From an uncultured archaeon (GTDB lineage: Archaea; Aenigmatarchaeota; Aenigmatarchaeia; QMZP01): a DNA stretch of 64,000 nt. The stretch spans positions 11,715-75,714 of the forward strand of contig CAZAEI010000002.1 of NCBI GenBank assembly GCA_964484305.1. Reading direction: 5' to 3'. Shown here piece after piece: positions 20,101 to 35,100 of the stretch; the first letter of the stretch is position 1, and every line of letters begins with the position of its first letter. The notes below the pieces were generated by a model that worked only from the letters and a program-made list of their open reading frames with translations, made no database searches and was not told the DNA's origin. A program made the position numbers and the translations under genes.

Positions 20101-23100
20101 CATCCTCGAAATAGTAGTGGAAGGTGTGCTTGGCCCCCCAGCCGCCCCCTATCGGGTCTATGGTGTGGGGGTTTGTCCACCACCTTATGGACGGCACCTG
20201 GGTCAGGACAAAGGACTCGTTGTCCACCAGGGCGGATGAGCTGTTGTAGAAGTTCTTAGTGGCATAGAGGGTGGTGTTGTAGACGTTCAGGCAGGTGCCT
20301 GCCCAGTTTGAGGTGTTGTCAGGCCCCCAGAAGGTGCAGTTGTACCATCCACGGGTTCCTCCTGACTCGAACTCGTCCTCGATTCCGCCCCCGTCGTTGC
20401 CTGTATCGTCGCTGCACTCGAAATTGCATGCCGGGGATATCGCCTCAAAGGTTACGGTGGCGTTGTTGACCCCGCCAATCTCTCCGGCGCATTCGTCATA
20501 CACGCGGCCCCTTATGGTGATGTTGTCGAGGCTTCTCCTGTAGTGCTCCCCATCGGGTATGGTCAGGGTATAGTTAAGGGGGCTGGTCCATATGTTTACA
20601 GTGAAGTTGTCCGAGACATTCTCTGCATAGCAGCCCGGGTTGGAGGGGGTGCCCTCGATATAGCCCCTCCAGAGCTGGGGTCCTGTATCGTACTTGGGGC
20701 TGCAGCCCGGGTCGAACTCATAGGTTATGTAGCCCTGGGGATTTGACTGGTTGACGGGGCTGCTTATCCAGTTGCCTGTCATGTTTGTTATATTCACAAT
20801 TGACCTCTCGTTGGGTATGTTGGCGTACTGCTGCTTGACAAGGTCGTATATCCTAAGCTGCAGGGTAATGGTTCCGCTTGGCCTGTAAACCCATGAATCG
20901 TTGCCCTGAACGTATTCAATACTTGCGTCGTTCTTGGTCATGGTGTAGTTCCTGGGGCCGATCTCATCGGTGTCGTCAGGCCCTGGAGGGTCGTCTGTGG
21001 CATTGAACTTGAACTCCCTCACCCTGGTCAGGTTGTCGCCCAGGCCGTTGGCGCAGTCAAAGTTGTCTATTGTGAATGTAAGGGTGGTGTTGTCGCAGGG
21101 CTGGCACTCCTGGTAGGGGTCTTCCCCGTTGGGGGCTATCAGTGGGGACCCCCAGCTGGCATCCCCGTACTTCCTCTCATAGGCATACACCCTCACTGTG
21201 TCGCCATCCTCGTCCGAAACATTGACCGAGTAGTTGAAGGATTCCCCCCAACCCCCGCCTGCCGGGTCAACGCCGTAGCCTGCAAAGACCAGGACAGGGG
21301 CGGTCTCCACGCTGAAGGTGTGGTAGTCATAGCTGTGGTTTGTGTTGTAGTAGGTCCTGTTCGAGGCCATGGTGACGTCATACCATCCCGCCTTCATGCC
21401 GCTTGAGTTGAACTCGCAGCTGTACTGGCCGTCCCCGAGCGTCTGGGTATCGTTGCAGTAGTATTTGTCACCATAGAGCTCGCTCTCTATGATGAAGTAG
21501 ACACTTGCATCGCTCACGTTGCTGCCGCAGCTGTCCTGAATCGTGGCGTTGAGGGTTATGTTCACCCCCTTGTTGAACTGGGTGTAGTCAGGATAGGTTA
21601 TGTTGTTGAGCAACTCGTCCATGATTATCAGGGTCAGGTTGTGGCCGGTTGTGTTCATCTCGTAGTGGCTGTCTGTCACGTTGGCCCACCACTCCTGGGG
21701 CCCGATGGAGAAGGAGCAGTCCGGCTCGAAGAGGTAGTTGGCGTGGCCTGTCTGGTTGGTCTGGTTCAGGGTGACGTTAAGGGAGCTGTCGTTGTAGGTC
21801 ACCCAGAAGGTCACGTTGACTCCGGGCGGGAACCAGTTCTGGAGCGTGTAGTTGTCTGTGTCATTGACCAAGACCGTGAGGAGCTCTGTGTCGCCGGTCA
21901 TGTTGACCGTGGTCCCGTTGGGGGTGATGAAAGCTATGGAGGTGTTGGCCACCTCGAGTGTGGGCCCTGTGTAGTTCGTGGTGTTGAAGTAGTTTGAGGG
22001 CTCCCCGTTCTGGATGTAGAACATGTAGGTGTTCTCGCCGATGTCGTCCCCGGTGAAGTCCCGGAGCTCGACCCAGCAGGTCTGGCCCACCACGCCGCTT
22101 GGGTCGTGGAGGGTCATGTTGCCCCTGAAGACCCAGCCCTGGCCGTCGTACCTGTTTATGTACAGGGAACAGTTGACAGTATCAGAGTCCGGGTCTGTTA
22201 TGTTCACAGAGAAGTTGAAGGGCCTGGTCCAGCCGTCTGCCTGGGGGACGACCTGCTGCTGGGACCAGGTGGAGTTGAGGTTCTCGAGCTGGAACCAGTC
22301 CTGGAGGTGGGTCCTGTTGTCATTGAAATAGGCCCTGGAGGAGTTGAGCTGGATGGACCACCATCCCTCCCGGTGGTCTGTGGAATCCCAGGTGCAGTTG
22401 TAGTAGCCCTGGGTGGGGTCGGTCTCGTTCTCCACCGGGGTGCAGTCGTGCCAGATTCCATAGGGTGATATCACCTGTATGGTTATGTAGGAGTTGTTGA
22501 TTATGGCCTCGTCCGGCCTGTCCAGGGAGCAGTCCGAGGTGGTGTTGAGCCTTACCGGGACGGGGTCGGTGACATTGAAGGGCTCCTGGTAGGCGGGGAG
22601 GTCGATGTTATTGAGGAGCTGGCCGTAGACGTTGAATGCCTGTGATGTGGAGTTCTCAACATCATAGCACTGGTCATTCCAGACCCCACCTATCCACTGC
22701 TGGGCACCGAACTTGTAGAAGCAGTTCGGATTGAAGTAGAGGTTGAGGTAGCCCTGGCCGTTAGTGGTGTTCGTCCATTCTGTGTCGAAGTCGCTTCCTG
22801 TGGAGGTTATCCAGAATGTCCCGTTGACTCCCTGGGGGACAGGAACATTGCCGGCATCGGTATCGTTTATCAGAACCTGGAATAGCTCGACCCCTGGGCC
22901 GCCTGAGCCGTTCCTGTAGACATCCACGCCATATCCCTGTTTCTGGATAACGGTGACATTATCACTCTGGACCGTGAAGTTCTGGGGGCCGAGCTCCACG
23001 CCGTAGCCGTCCTCGTCTGTGGCATTTATCTTGAACTGGCTGTGCCATCCGCTGGGTGATATATCCCCGCAGTCAAAGGTTGTTATGGTGAATGTGGCAT

Positions 23101-26100
23101 CGTTCTGCCAGTTGGTCCCCTGGCATGAGTTGTAGTCAAGGAGCCCCCATTCATCATTGGGTGTGGCCCTCTTCCAGAGGGTGACATTCATGACATCGTT
23201 GTCAGCATCCTTGCACTGTGCAAAGAAACTGAAACCGCTCTGGTAGCCCCAGCCGTCCACGCTTGGGTCGACGATTGGATTGATATACTGAAGCTGTGGC
23301 CTGGTTCCCACGGTGAATGAATCGTTGGCGTAGAGCGTGACCATCTCATAGTACTGCTTCCAGGCCTGGGCAGTGGTGTTGTAGTTGGGTGGTGTCTGGG
23401 CTGTGTCCGAGGCGCTCCTGTTGTGCGTGTAGTGTCCGTCTCCCTCGTCATCTATGGTGGAGTTTGTTATGAAGTAGTTGGCAGGCCCGTCGAGGGTTAT
23501 GTTTTTTTCATTGGCCCCAGCCACAGGGTCAAGACACTCGTCAAAGAGGCTGAAGTTGAAGGTTATGTTTATCCCTGCTTCCTGGACATAGGGGGCGAGG
23601 TCTATGGGGGAGTGAATCGTTCCGTTGAGGAAGGTCCTGAGGGTTATGTTGAGCAGGCTGGAGTTCTCATCCTTGTATCTCTGGTTGTTGTGCACAAAGA
23701 CCCTCCATTTCTGGACCCCAATATCATATTCACAGTTCGATGTTGCGTCATCATCCCCGTCAGGGTGGAAGCTGTAGTTGAAGAACCCATAGTTTGTGTT
23801 CTTGGGCGGGTTGCCGGGGTCTGTCACGTTCTCCAGGTTGGCATGGTCCTTGGTTATGTAGACCGTGCCGTTGGCCTCGCCGCCCGCCAGCTCCTGGAAG
23901 TTATCATCCACGTTCTTTACCTTTGTCGAAAGCACGTAGTACGCAGAGCCGTTCCTCCAGAGCCAGGCACCGTCTCCGTCATATACCGTTATGTTTATGT
24001 CGTTCTTCTCCACGGTGTAGTTGAAGGGCCCGACCTCGTCAGAGTAGCTCACCCCCCCGCTCCTCGGGTAGTTGGCCTGGTCAGAGCAGTTTGCCTTGTA
24101 CTGCCATGTCCCGAGGTGGTACTCATAGCTGTAGACATAACTGTCATAGTAGTAAACCAGGCTGTTGTTGCAGCTGGAGCACCAGGACATGCCAATCTCT
24201 GTCCAGTCATCCCAGCCAGAGCCCGTCCACATCCTCCTGTAGAAGTATACATTGACGTTGTCGCCGTCAGGGTCAGTGACCCTGACTGACAGGTTGCGCG
24301 GTTCCATGTAGGAGCCATTGGCCCCCGTATCACCGTCATAGTCAGTGCTGTTCATTGTGGGCTCTGTCAGGACAGGCTCGCTCTCTACGAAGAATCCGGA
24401 TGTGCTCTCGGCATATTCATGGGTCTCGTTCACGTCATTGTAGTAGTCCTTGCCTGCGATAATCATTACAGTGTATTCCTGGGCCGGCAAGCCGGAGGTG
24501 TTCATGGAGCAGTTGTACCATCCCTGGCCCTCCTCGGACTTGTAGTCGCAGGTGAAGTTCTGTCCGGTGTCCTCATGGATTGCCGTTATGTTCAGCCGGC
24601 TGAGGTCAACACCTGTCACGTTCCTTCCGCAGGAGTATTCGGTTATATTGAACCTGAAGGTTACATTGGTTCCGTTAAGGTACTCGATGCCCAGGGGCTG
24701 CTCAACCTGAATGGCCAGCTCTTCATAGATATAGATGGTCAGGTTGTGGCCGGTTGTGTTCATCTCGTAGTGGCTGTCTGTCACGTTGGCCCACCACTCC
24801 TGGGGCCCGATGGAGAAGGAGCAGTCCGGCTCGAAGAGGTAGTTGGCGTGGCCTGTCTGGTTGGTCTGGTTCAGGGTGACGTTAAGGGAGCTGTCGTTGT
24901 AGGTCACCCAGAAGGTCACGTTGACTCCGGGCGGGAACCAGTTCTGGAGCGTGTAGTTGTCTGTGTCATTGACCAAGACCGTGAGGAGCTCTGTGTCGCC
25001 GGTCATGTTGACCGTGGTCCCGTTGGGGGTGATGAAAGCTATGGAGGTGTTGGCCACCTCGAGTGTGGGCCCTGTGTAGTTCGTGGTGTTGAAGTAGTTT
25101 GAGGGCTCCCCGTTCTGGATGTAGAACATGTAGGTGTTCTCGCCGATGTCGTCCCCGGTGAAGTCCCGGAGCTCGACCCAGCAGGTCTGGCCCACCACGC
25201 CGCTTGGGTCGTGGAGGGTCATGTTGCCCCTGAAGACCCAGCCCTGGCCGTCGTACCTGTTTATGTACAGGGAACAGTTGACAGTATCAGAGTCCGGGTC
25301 TGTTATGTTCACAGAGAAGTTGAAGGGCCTGGTCCAGCCGTCTGCCTGGGGGACGACCTGCTGCTGGGACCAGGTGGAGTTGAGGTTCTCGAGCTGGAAC
25401 CAGTCCTGGAGGTGGGTCCTGTTGTCATTGAAATAGGCCCTGGAGGAGTTGAGCTGGATGGACCACCATCCCTCCCGGTGGTCTGTGGAATCCCAGGTGC
25501 AGTTGTAGTAGCCCTGGGTGGGGTCGGTCTCGTTCTCCACCGGGGTGCAGTCGTGCCAGATTCCATAGGGTGATATCACCTGTATGGTTATGTAGGAGTT
25601 GTTGATTATGGCCTCGTCCGGCCTGTCCAGGGAGCAGTCCGAGGTGGTGTTGAGCCTTACCGGGACGGGGTCGGTGACATTGAAGGGCTCCTGGTAGGCG
25701 GGGAGGTCGATGTTATTGAGGAGCTGGCCGTAGACGTTGAAGGTCCTGTTCCCCGGCCAGAACATTTCACTGTCCGGGTTATAGCAGTCATCGTTCTCTA
25801 TCCTTGTACTGAATATGTGATAGCCGAACTTGTGGGAGCAGTTGGTGTCCAGATAGTAGTTGAGGTGGCCTGTATCATTGGTCTGATTATACAGGGGATT
25901 TCCCCAGTCCCATTCGTTTGATGTGACATAGACGGTTCCGTTCACGTCAGCTGGAAGGGCAAGGTTGCCCCTGTCGGTATCGTATACGTAGTAGCTTATG
26001 AGTATGGTATCTGTTCCCTGCCTGACCGTGTCTGTGTTGTTCTGGGTCCTTGCCTGATAGTTTACGCTGTCCTTCTGGACAGTGAAGGACTTTATGTCCG

Positions 26101-29100
26101 ACTCGTCAGTGAAGTCGTGGGTGTCTGTGGCGTTGAACTTGAAGTTGGAGCTGCCTATGTCGCTGCAGGTGAAGGTGTCAACCACGAATGTCATTACGGT
26201 CGGGTTGTACTGGTCACTGGAGCACGGAGCGCATTCCTTTGTCTGGAGATGGGTGTAGTCGCTCTCGCTGAACAGCTTCTTGTAGAGGCGGACGGTGACG
26301 TTGTTTCCGTCCAGGTCATAGACATCCACGGTGAAGTTGAATGTTCTTCCCCAGCCCTCTGAGAACGGCGTGACCCCGGTGCCTGTTATGGAGAGGACGG
26401 GGTCTGAGCCTATGTAGAACGTGTCATTGAAGGTTTCCGATATGTTCGCATAGAACTCTCTGCTCGCGTTGATGGTCATGTTATACCACCCGTATACCCA
26501 TCCGGGGTTGTTTGTCTCTGCCGCAGGTATGGTGCAGTTATAGATTCCCGGGTTGGAGGTCTCGGCTGCCTGGCAGTAATAGTCAGAGTATCCGCTCCTG
26601 TGGATATAGAAGCTCACGTTGGCGTCGCTTACAAGGCCGCACCCCGAGGCAAGGTCCGTGAGGTTTGCGCTCAGCAGGACGGGATCAATGCCCTTTCTGA
26701 AGCTCTTGTTGAGCGGGGTTATGAGGTCAGGGGTGAACTCAGAGGTTATGGTTATGTTCCATGTCTCTGAGGAGTTGGATTCCTTGTAGTACTGTGATGA
26801 GGTGGTAAGGCCCACCTTCCAGAGCTGCTTGCCCACGCCATAGGTACAGGAGCCGTCTGGGTTGAACTCGTATTTGATGTATCCTGTGTCATTCACCTGC
26901 CTCGAGGTTCCGGAGTCCCAGGACCCCGGGTCAGAGGCGTTGGTGGTTATCCAGAACCTGCCCTCGGGGTTGTTGGTGCTGGCTGGCGGGTGCGCGGGGT
27001 CGTCCTGGTCCCAGACATATATTATCAGGGTTTTGTTGTCATTGCCCACCCTGTTCACAGTGGTCTCGTTGCCCTGGGTGTGCGTATAGTTAACGTCATC
27101 CTCCTCTACAGTGAAATTGACTGGTGTGGTGTTGAACCACCATTCATCATCCTCTGTTGCATTGAACATCACAGAGAGTATCGTGCTTACGTAACCCGGG
27201 CCGAACTGGTGCTGGAAGAAGGCTGTCCAGTTTATGCCGCTTCCGCTGTCGCTCCCCGCCCCAAGGGGGTTCCATGAACCCTGTGCCGGTTCCTCTGTCC
27301 TGAAGTAGCCGTAGACTATTACCTGGTCATAGTCCTCGTCCGTCACATTGACCGTGAAATTGAAGGTCTCTGACCAGCCCCCGACCCAGGGGATGGCCAC
27401 AACCCCGGACATGCAGGGCTCGGTCTCTACCCAGAAGCTGGTCTCTGTCTCGACATACTCCAGTGTCAGGCTCTCGCTGGCGTGGTCTGTTTTGGAGCTG
27501 TTGACAGTGAGATTGTAGCCCATGGGCTCCATATCAGAGGTGTTGAAGGAGCAGTTGTACCATCCGGAGCCCTCCTCGGACTTGTAGACGCACTCATACA
27601 GGCTCACATTCCTCATCTGGTAGGTCACGCCCGCGCCTGTTATTACATCCTGGCAGTCATCGGTTACATTGGCCCTGACGGTCACGTTGGTTCCCCGGAG
27701 GTGCTCGGTTCCGTTGGGTATCTGGACCTGGTTTGTCAGGGAACCCGTTATATAAACAGTGTAGTTGTCTGTGGTGTTCTTATTGATGTAGCTGGAATCC
27801 GTGATCCCGGCCAGCCAGGTCTGGTTCCCCACACCGTACTTGGGACCGCAGCCCGGATCAAAGGAGTCGGTCGCATTGCCTGATGAATCCGTGGTGGTTG
27901 TGTTGCCGCTGTCCTTGCTCGTGCCGGAATAGGTAATCCAGAAGGTCACGTTCACGCCCTGGGGGTAATTCCCCCTGTCCTCGTCATAGACATTGACTAT
28001 GAGGTTCGTGTAATCCTGTCCGCTCCTCTGGACAGAGCCCTCTGAGCCGCCCGTGTGGTTGCCATGGATGAAGGTGACGGTCACGTTGTCCTCGGAGAGT
28101 GCCGGCCCTGTAAGGTTGTCTGTCTCGTAGAGATTGAAGGTGTCGTTTATCCTGAACCTGAACTGGGTCGGGCCCATGTCATCAGAGATGAAGTCGCTGA
28201 CCAGGATTGTGCAGTTGCCTGTCCACTGGACCACGTCGTAGCCGCGCTCCACCCAGCCCGAGCCCGTGGTATTTGTGTAGAGGGTGCAGACAGTCTCGTC
28301 AGCCTCCGGGTCGTCTATGGTTATATTGTACATGTAGGTGGCGCCCCAGCCCCCTGACATGGGGTCTGCGGTGGCCTGGCTAGACACCGGGTCGCGGTTC
28401 TCCAGCCAGAACCTGTAGAGCCATGATGTCTCGTTCGAGTTGTATGTGCCCCTCTCAGCCGTGATATTGATGGTCCAGTTGCCCTCTGGCTGGCTGGTGG
28501 AGTTCCAGGTGCAGTTGTAGACGCCGTTGGGCTCCTCATTCCAGCCGGAGCAGTAGGAGTCGTTGAGGGGTTGGTATATCTCTACGGTGTTGGTGACTCC
28601 GGATATGTTGCTCTCGCAGTCCCCGAAGACCGTCCAGTTCATTAAGATGTCGTCAGTCACATTGAACTCAGACATGTTGGGCGGCTGGTCGAGGGAGAGC
28701 TTTAGCTGGCCCAGGATGTCAAAGTAGTGCTGGGTTGTGTCGTTCTCGTCATCATAGCACTGGTCGTCCAGGGCCCCTGAAAACCAGTACTGGGAGCCCG
28801 TGGGGTAATCGCAGGTCGCGTTGAAGGTGTAGTTCAGGGCCCCTGAGATGTTGGTCTCCCTGGGATGGCCTGAGTCCAGAAGCCCTGTGGTGCTATTTAT
28901 GGAGACCCAGAAGGAGCCGTTCACACCCGCACCCACGTCCCCTCCCCTGTCGGTGTCGTTGACAAAGATGGAGAAGAATATGGTCTCATCGCCCTCCCTG
29001 CTGACTTGGGAGGCCGAGGTATAGTATGAATAGAGGCTGACGTTGTCCCTCTGGAGATGGAAGAGCTGGGACTGGGTCTCGTTCGAGTAGTTGTATGTGT

Positions 29101-32100
29101 CATTGGCCACGAACCTGAAGTACTGGATATTTTCCAGGTAGTCCTGGCAGGAGAAGTTGTGGTGGAAGGTCACGTTGCTCCAGGTGCAGCCCGAGACGTC
29201 CGTGGAGTCTATGAATGTCCAGGGCCCGAGCGTGGAACTGGAAACCCAGAGCGAGATGTTGACGGTGTCCTCTCCGTCCTGGTCGCAGTACTCCACCTTG
29301 AAGGTGAAGTTATGGCCCCACCCGTCGGCCCCGCCGATTCCCACGTCTGTGAAGGGGTTCCTCAGCTGGGGCTTTACGACCAGGATAAGGGCATCCTCCT
29401 CCCAGTCCTGGTTCACGTCATAGGACTCGTTGGTCACGGTCATGTTTACGTCGTGCCTCCCAATCGAGCCCTCGGTGCTGTCCCAGGTAGTGTTGTAGCT
29501 CCCGTTGGCCCAGTCATTGGGAGCAGGCGGGGTCCAGAAGTTGTCTATGGAGAAGTCCACGTCTATGCCTGATATCGGACCGCAGTCATCCTCAACATCC
29601 CCCCATATCGGGACTGGGTCGCCCTTGAGGAATGGGATGACGCCAATCGGGTAGGTTATATTGGGAGTCAGAATTCCTGTTATGTTGACATTGAACTCAG
29701 AGGAGTTGGCGTTGTTGTAGCAGCTCGAGAAGGTAACCCCTGCCTTCCATTCCTGGGGGCCTGCCCAGTAGTGCGGGCCCGAGCACCCCGGATTGAAATA
29801 CATTGTGAGGTTGCCATCGTTCTTGGTCGTGTTCGTCATGAGACCGTCCTGGTGGTTCTGGGAGAACTCTCCGCCTGTCGTTGTCGTGACCCAGAAGTAG
29901 CCCGTGTTTCCCGGCATGCCCTCAACCCCGCCGGTGTAGTTGTTTATCACCCTGACATGGAGAAGGGTCTTGTTGCTGCCGTATCTCTGGACAACGGAGT
30001 CGTTGCCCTGCAGGATGCTGAATGTCACATTGACATTGGTTACTTCCACGGTGTCCGAGCCTGAGGTGGTGTCGTTCAGGTCGCTTGTGTCAGAGACATT
30101 TATCTTCCAGTACCAGGTTCCCACGTCAGCGCATGCCGTGAACTGCTCGCTCAGGGTCACGGTCTGGTTCAGGTAGTCCTGAACGCTCTGGCTGTCCTTG
30201 GGAAGCCCCCAGTCGGGGGGGGTCTTGGTCATATAGAGCCTCAGGGTTATGTTGTCGTCATCGTCAGAGACATTGATATTGAATGTAAAGGTGGACTTTG
30301 CGGGGTTGTTGCCCCAGGGCACGTTGCTGGGCGTGACCTGCTCGGCATATAGATATGGCCCTATCTGGTGGAAGAAGCCGGTGCTGTTTACTATGTATTC
30401 CGGGTTATGGAAGCCCCTGTCAACCCTGGCGTGGACGGCATACCAGCCCCCTGGGGTGCCTGCTACCTCCCTTGTGCAGTTGTAGTAGCCGTCACCCTCG
30501 TCATTCACGTCGCACTCGCTGTTGTAGGTATCGTGCGTGACATTTATAATCGCATTCGATTCGTTCAGGAGGGTTCCGCACTCATCTGAGAGGTTGGCCC
30601 TTATGGTGACGTTATCGCCGTCAAAGCAGAAGCCGCCCGGGCAGGATATGTTGGTGAAGTTGATTACAAGGTCGCCGTATATCCTCATGGTCTGTGGCGG
30701 GGAATTCGTCTCATCATCATAGCACTGGTCCCCGTATGTGCCGGCTATCCAGTTCCTGTCCCCCACAGTGTAAGAGCAGTTTGGGTTGAAGTAGAATCTT
30801 GCGTGGCCAGAGGAGTTGGTGGTGTTGGTCAGGCCGGAATCATAGCTTGTCCCGCTATAGGCCACAAAGAGGCTGGTGTTGACATCCTGGCCCACATAGG
30901 TCAGGTTGTCGCTGTCATAGACCTGGATTATCACCACTGTGGAGAGCTGGTCCAGAGACCTGTTCACCTGGGCAAGGCTGCCCTCCCTTACGTACACTGT
31001 TACATTGTCAGGCTCGACCTGGAACTGGTTTGTTGGTGTCGAGTCTGTCCCGCCCTGGGCATCGCTCGCATTGAACTTGTAGTATTTCGGTGCCTGGGCG
31101 TCCTGGCAGTTGTGGTAGGTAGAGAAGTTGAGGGTCTCGCCTGGCTCGCAATCCCAGCAGGTCTGGCTGTCTATAAGGGTGAAGGGCCCGCTTCCGGAGT
31201 CCCCCTCCCAGAGCCAGACCGTGACGTTGTCAAAGTCAGGGTCCTCCACATCCACGCTGAAGTTTGTCAGGGTACCCCATCCCTCTGGGATGACATTCTC
31301 GTTGCTCAGCATCGGGTTGTTGTTCTCATAGGAGATCAGCATGAAGTCGTGTATCTCCTCCTTGGTTCCGTTGTTGTAGTTGGGCGGGTTCGAGGCCTCC
31401 ATCACTATGTCATAGTATCCGGTTACATCCTGCTTGGTGGTCGACCAGTTGCAGGAATAGTTCCCGGTGTTCCATTCATAAAGGTTCGTGCAGTTGTATG
31501 CAATACTTTCATTGTACCTCAGGGTCACGTTCAGGAAGGATACGGATATGAAGGTGCCGCAGTCATCTGTAACATTTATCCAGACTGTTATGTTCTCCTC
31601 CTGGTGGTAGGTGGAGTTCTCGGCCGAGGCGCTGAGGACTATGTTGCCTATGACCGTGACGTTGAAGGTCCCGGACTGGTTGGTCTTGTAGCAGCCGTCC
31701 TGGGTGAAGCCCTGCCAGTACTGCTTGCCCACATGGTAGCTGCAGTTCGGGTTGAAATAGTAGGTAACCTCTCCGGTGTCATTGGTCGTGTTGGAGCCTT
31801 CCAGGAGGAAGCCCGGGCCCGCATCGGTGGTGATATTGAACACAACTGTTGCTGCCGGCGGATATGCCACCTGGTTCCTGTCTGTGTCTGTCACATTGAG
31901 TATCAGGGGCGTGGCCGAGCCGGGGCCTGTCCTGTTCACGGCGGTCTCGTCGCCATAGGAATGCTCAAGGATTACATCCTGCCTCTCCAGGATGAATGAA
32001 TTGTCATCACCCACATAGTCCCCGCTCGCGACGCTTGTGGTGTAGCTAAGGGTCCCGTCCGTGGCATTGAACTTGAAGTACATGGTCGCGGTCTCCCCTG

Positions 32101-35100
32101 TGAGGTCAGAGCAGGTGTAGCTGGCGCTCCAGTTCATGGTGGCGTTGTCGCAACTGGTGCACTGCCTCGAGGGCGTAATCTGCTCCCATTCCCCTGTGGA
32201 CTCCCTCTGCCAGGCATATGCCGTCAGGGTGTCCTCGGCCTCGTCGCTGGCGTTTACGGTAAAGTTCCTCTGGTAGGACCATCCATCCTGCCTCGGGGTC
32301 ACGTTCGCCTCCCTGAGCCTCGGTGCAATCTCGAGGTAGAATGCATGTATCGGCTCTGTAACATTCGGGTAGATATAATCCTTCTGGTCGCTGTAGTAGG
32401 TGTCTTGGGTGAGCTCGGTGGCGTTTATTGTTATGTTGTACCAGCCACCTGGCTTGCCACCCAGGGTTGACCAGTAATACCTGTAGTAGCCGCCGGGCAG
32501 GTTCTCTGCATCAAGGTATTCTATGTAGGTATCGTGCCAGGGCCTGAACTCCAAAGGGTATCCCTGGAGAAGGTCATCGCAGTCGTTTGTAAGATATCCG
32601 TAAAAGGTGACAGTATCGCCCTCTGTGTAGTTTGTATTTGACGGGTCCAGAAGGGTCACATTGAGGTCTCCCATTATGGTCATGTCATAAAGGCTTGATA
32701 CCTTGTCGTTGTAGCAGGATTGGCCAGTGACCTCTCCCTTCCACTGGTGGCTGCCCACCTCGTATTTTGGAGATGAGCACTTGGCATCGAAATCGTATGT
32801 AGCATAACCTGTGTCATTCGTGGGTTCATTAGTCCCGTCGTCCCAGTTGAACCCGCTCGTGGTAACGTAGAAGGTTATGTTCACATCATATATGAACGAG
32901 CCGTTCTCGTCCTGAAGATAGAGTATGAGCGTGTCTATCTGTGAACCGGATCTGTTCGCTACTGAGCCGTCTCCCTGGATTTCTGTAATGACGAGGTCGT
33001 CGTAGTCTATATAAAAGCTGCCGGAGGAGGTCTCGTTGCTGTAGCCGAACTCGTCAGTGGCATTGAACTTGTAATACTTGGTTCCCACCTCAGAGCAGTT
33101 GTGGTGTTCGGTGAAGTTCAGGGTGGCCCAGCTCCCGGGGCTTGAATATAGCTGGCTGTCCTTGAGCGTCCATGGGCCCGAGGCACTGAATGCCTCCCAC
33201 AGGTAGACCGTCACGTTGTCCCCGCTGTCATAGACATCTACAGTGAAGTTGTGGCCCTCGCCCCACCCAACAGAGTAGGGGTTCACGTCTGGGTTTTCAA
33301 GAAGCGGGTAGTGTATCGGCTTTACCTTAAGGAAAAGGCCTTCCTGCTCGTTAAATTTCTTGCCGTACTTCCAGCTGTAGCTTATTTGTTTTATAATTAT
33401 GCTTCCGTCTGCCTGCATCGTGGCGTCGGAATGGGAGTATACGCCTATCTGATGCTGCTGGTTGTTGAACTCGCTGCTCTCGTCATCTGTCACGGTCCTG
33501 TTCACCCAGAGCTCTCCGCTGCTCTCGTTGAAGGTGAAGTTCTGCCAGACCGGTATTACATAGCCCGTGTCTCCGGTCATGTTCACTATACTTTCGCCAA
33601 TTGTCATGTTGCTCCCTGTCCTGGTGTAGTTTATAAGGAAGTCGAGCTCGCTCAGGCTCTCGTATGGCATACCGGGGTTCTGGAAGGTATGGGTATTCTG
33701 GGAGAAGCAGCTCCTGCCTGAGCAGTTGTAGTTGGTGCTGTTGTAGTAGCTAGCCTCGCCCCTCTGGTCACTGATGGCAGCTGCAAGGAGCACGAGTGGT
33801 CCTGTCTCGGTGCAGTTCATGCTGAAGTTGAACTTCTGTGTCTGCCCCTGGGCAAGGTCGCTGCTCACGTTCCATGATATTGTCCGGTTGCCCGAGTCCC
33901 ATGAACCCCCGCCCAGGTAGTCCGGCGTGCATGAGGGTGGTATATAGAGTGTGGCGTTCCAGTCGCCTGCGGATGAGGCCTCCCCAACGTTCTCAATTAT
34001 CAGGGTGTAATTCGTTGTCGCGTTAAGTTCTGCGGACCTTCCCTCAAACGAGGATGTGTTGAGCTCGAAGCGCATGTGCTCCTCCCACTTTGTTCTCACC
34101 CTGAAGTAGAGGGTCTGGTTTGCCTGGTAGCTGCTGCTGACGTTGTCCTTCCAGGTAGAGTTCCAGTAGAACGGACCAACCTGGTCCTCCAGGAAGTGGG
34201 CCTTTATGGTATAGGAGGGGTTCTTGTAGAAGTTCACCCCTATCTCTCCCAAGTCCCAGCTTATTATCTGGCCGTTCAGGGTTCCGCCGAGGTTGATGGA
34301 GGCGTCATAGACGGTCCACCCGTAGGGCGTCGTCTCGTTCAGCCTTACGTCATAGGCAGGGACGCAGCCCTTGTTGTGGACAAAAAGCCTGACATCAAAA
34401 TCCGTGTAGTTGCTCAGGCTGGCCGGGGATTCCCTTGTAACCTCCAGTATCGGGACATAGTCGTTTATTATCGTCTTTTCATGCTCTATCGACTTTGCAT
34501 AGGAATCGGGATAGGTGTAGCTGACCGTCGTGTTAACCAGGGAGCTTCCGGTTGGCGAGCCCGAGGAGGTAAGGTTGAAGTAGAAGCTTGAGGTGGATGT
34601 AAGGTTCGCTTCTTGGTACTGGGGCGAGACTGTCCATCCGGCCGGGACAGAAACGCTTATGTTGTAGTATACCCTGTCAGCGAAGAGGTGGGATACGGTC
34701 ACGTTCAGTTCCTCTGTGGTCGAGGGGCACATGTAGTCAGGGCCCAGGACAGAGAAGGAAACGTTCCTGAACTCGAACTGCTCCCTCCTTTTTGCCTGGC
34801 TGGAGTTGTAATCAACAAAAGCATTAAGGTACTTGGTTCCGGAACCCCAGGAGCTGGTGTCAATCTCCGTGAAGTTCTCGTAGACTGTCGTGCCCTTGTC
34901 GAGGGGGACGTCTGTCTGGGTCTGGCTGTATATCACGCCTCCTGAGGAGTTGGTTATGTTCAGGGTTATGTTCACGGTGTATGAGGCATTGAGGGTGTTC
35001 TGGACCCTGACCGTTACGTTGAGGTTTCCGTCACCCTTCTCCATCCCGCTGGTTTCATCTCCTGCAATGGCCGGCTTTATGTCTATAACCGAGACAGACG

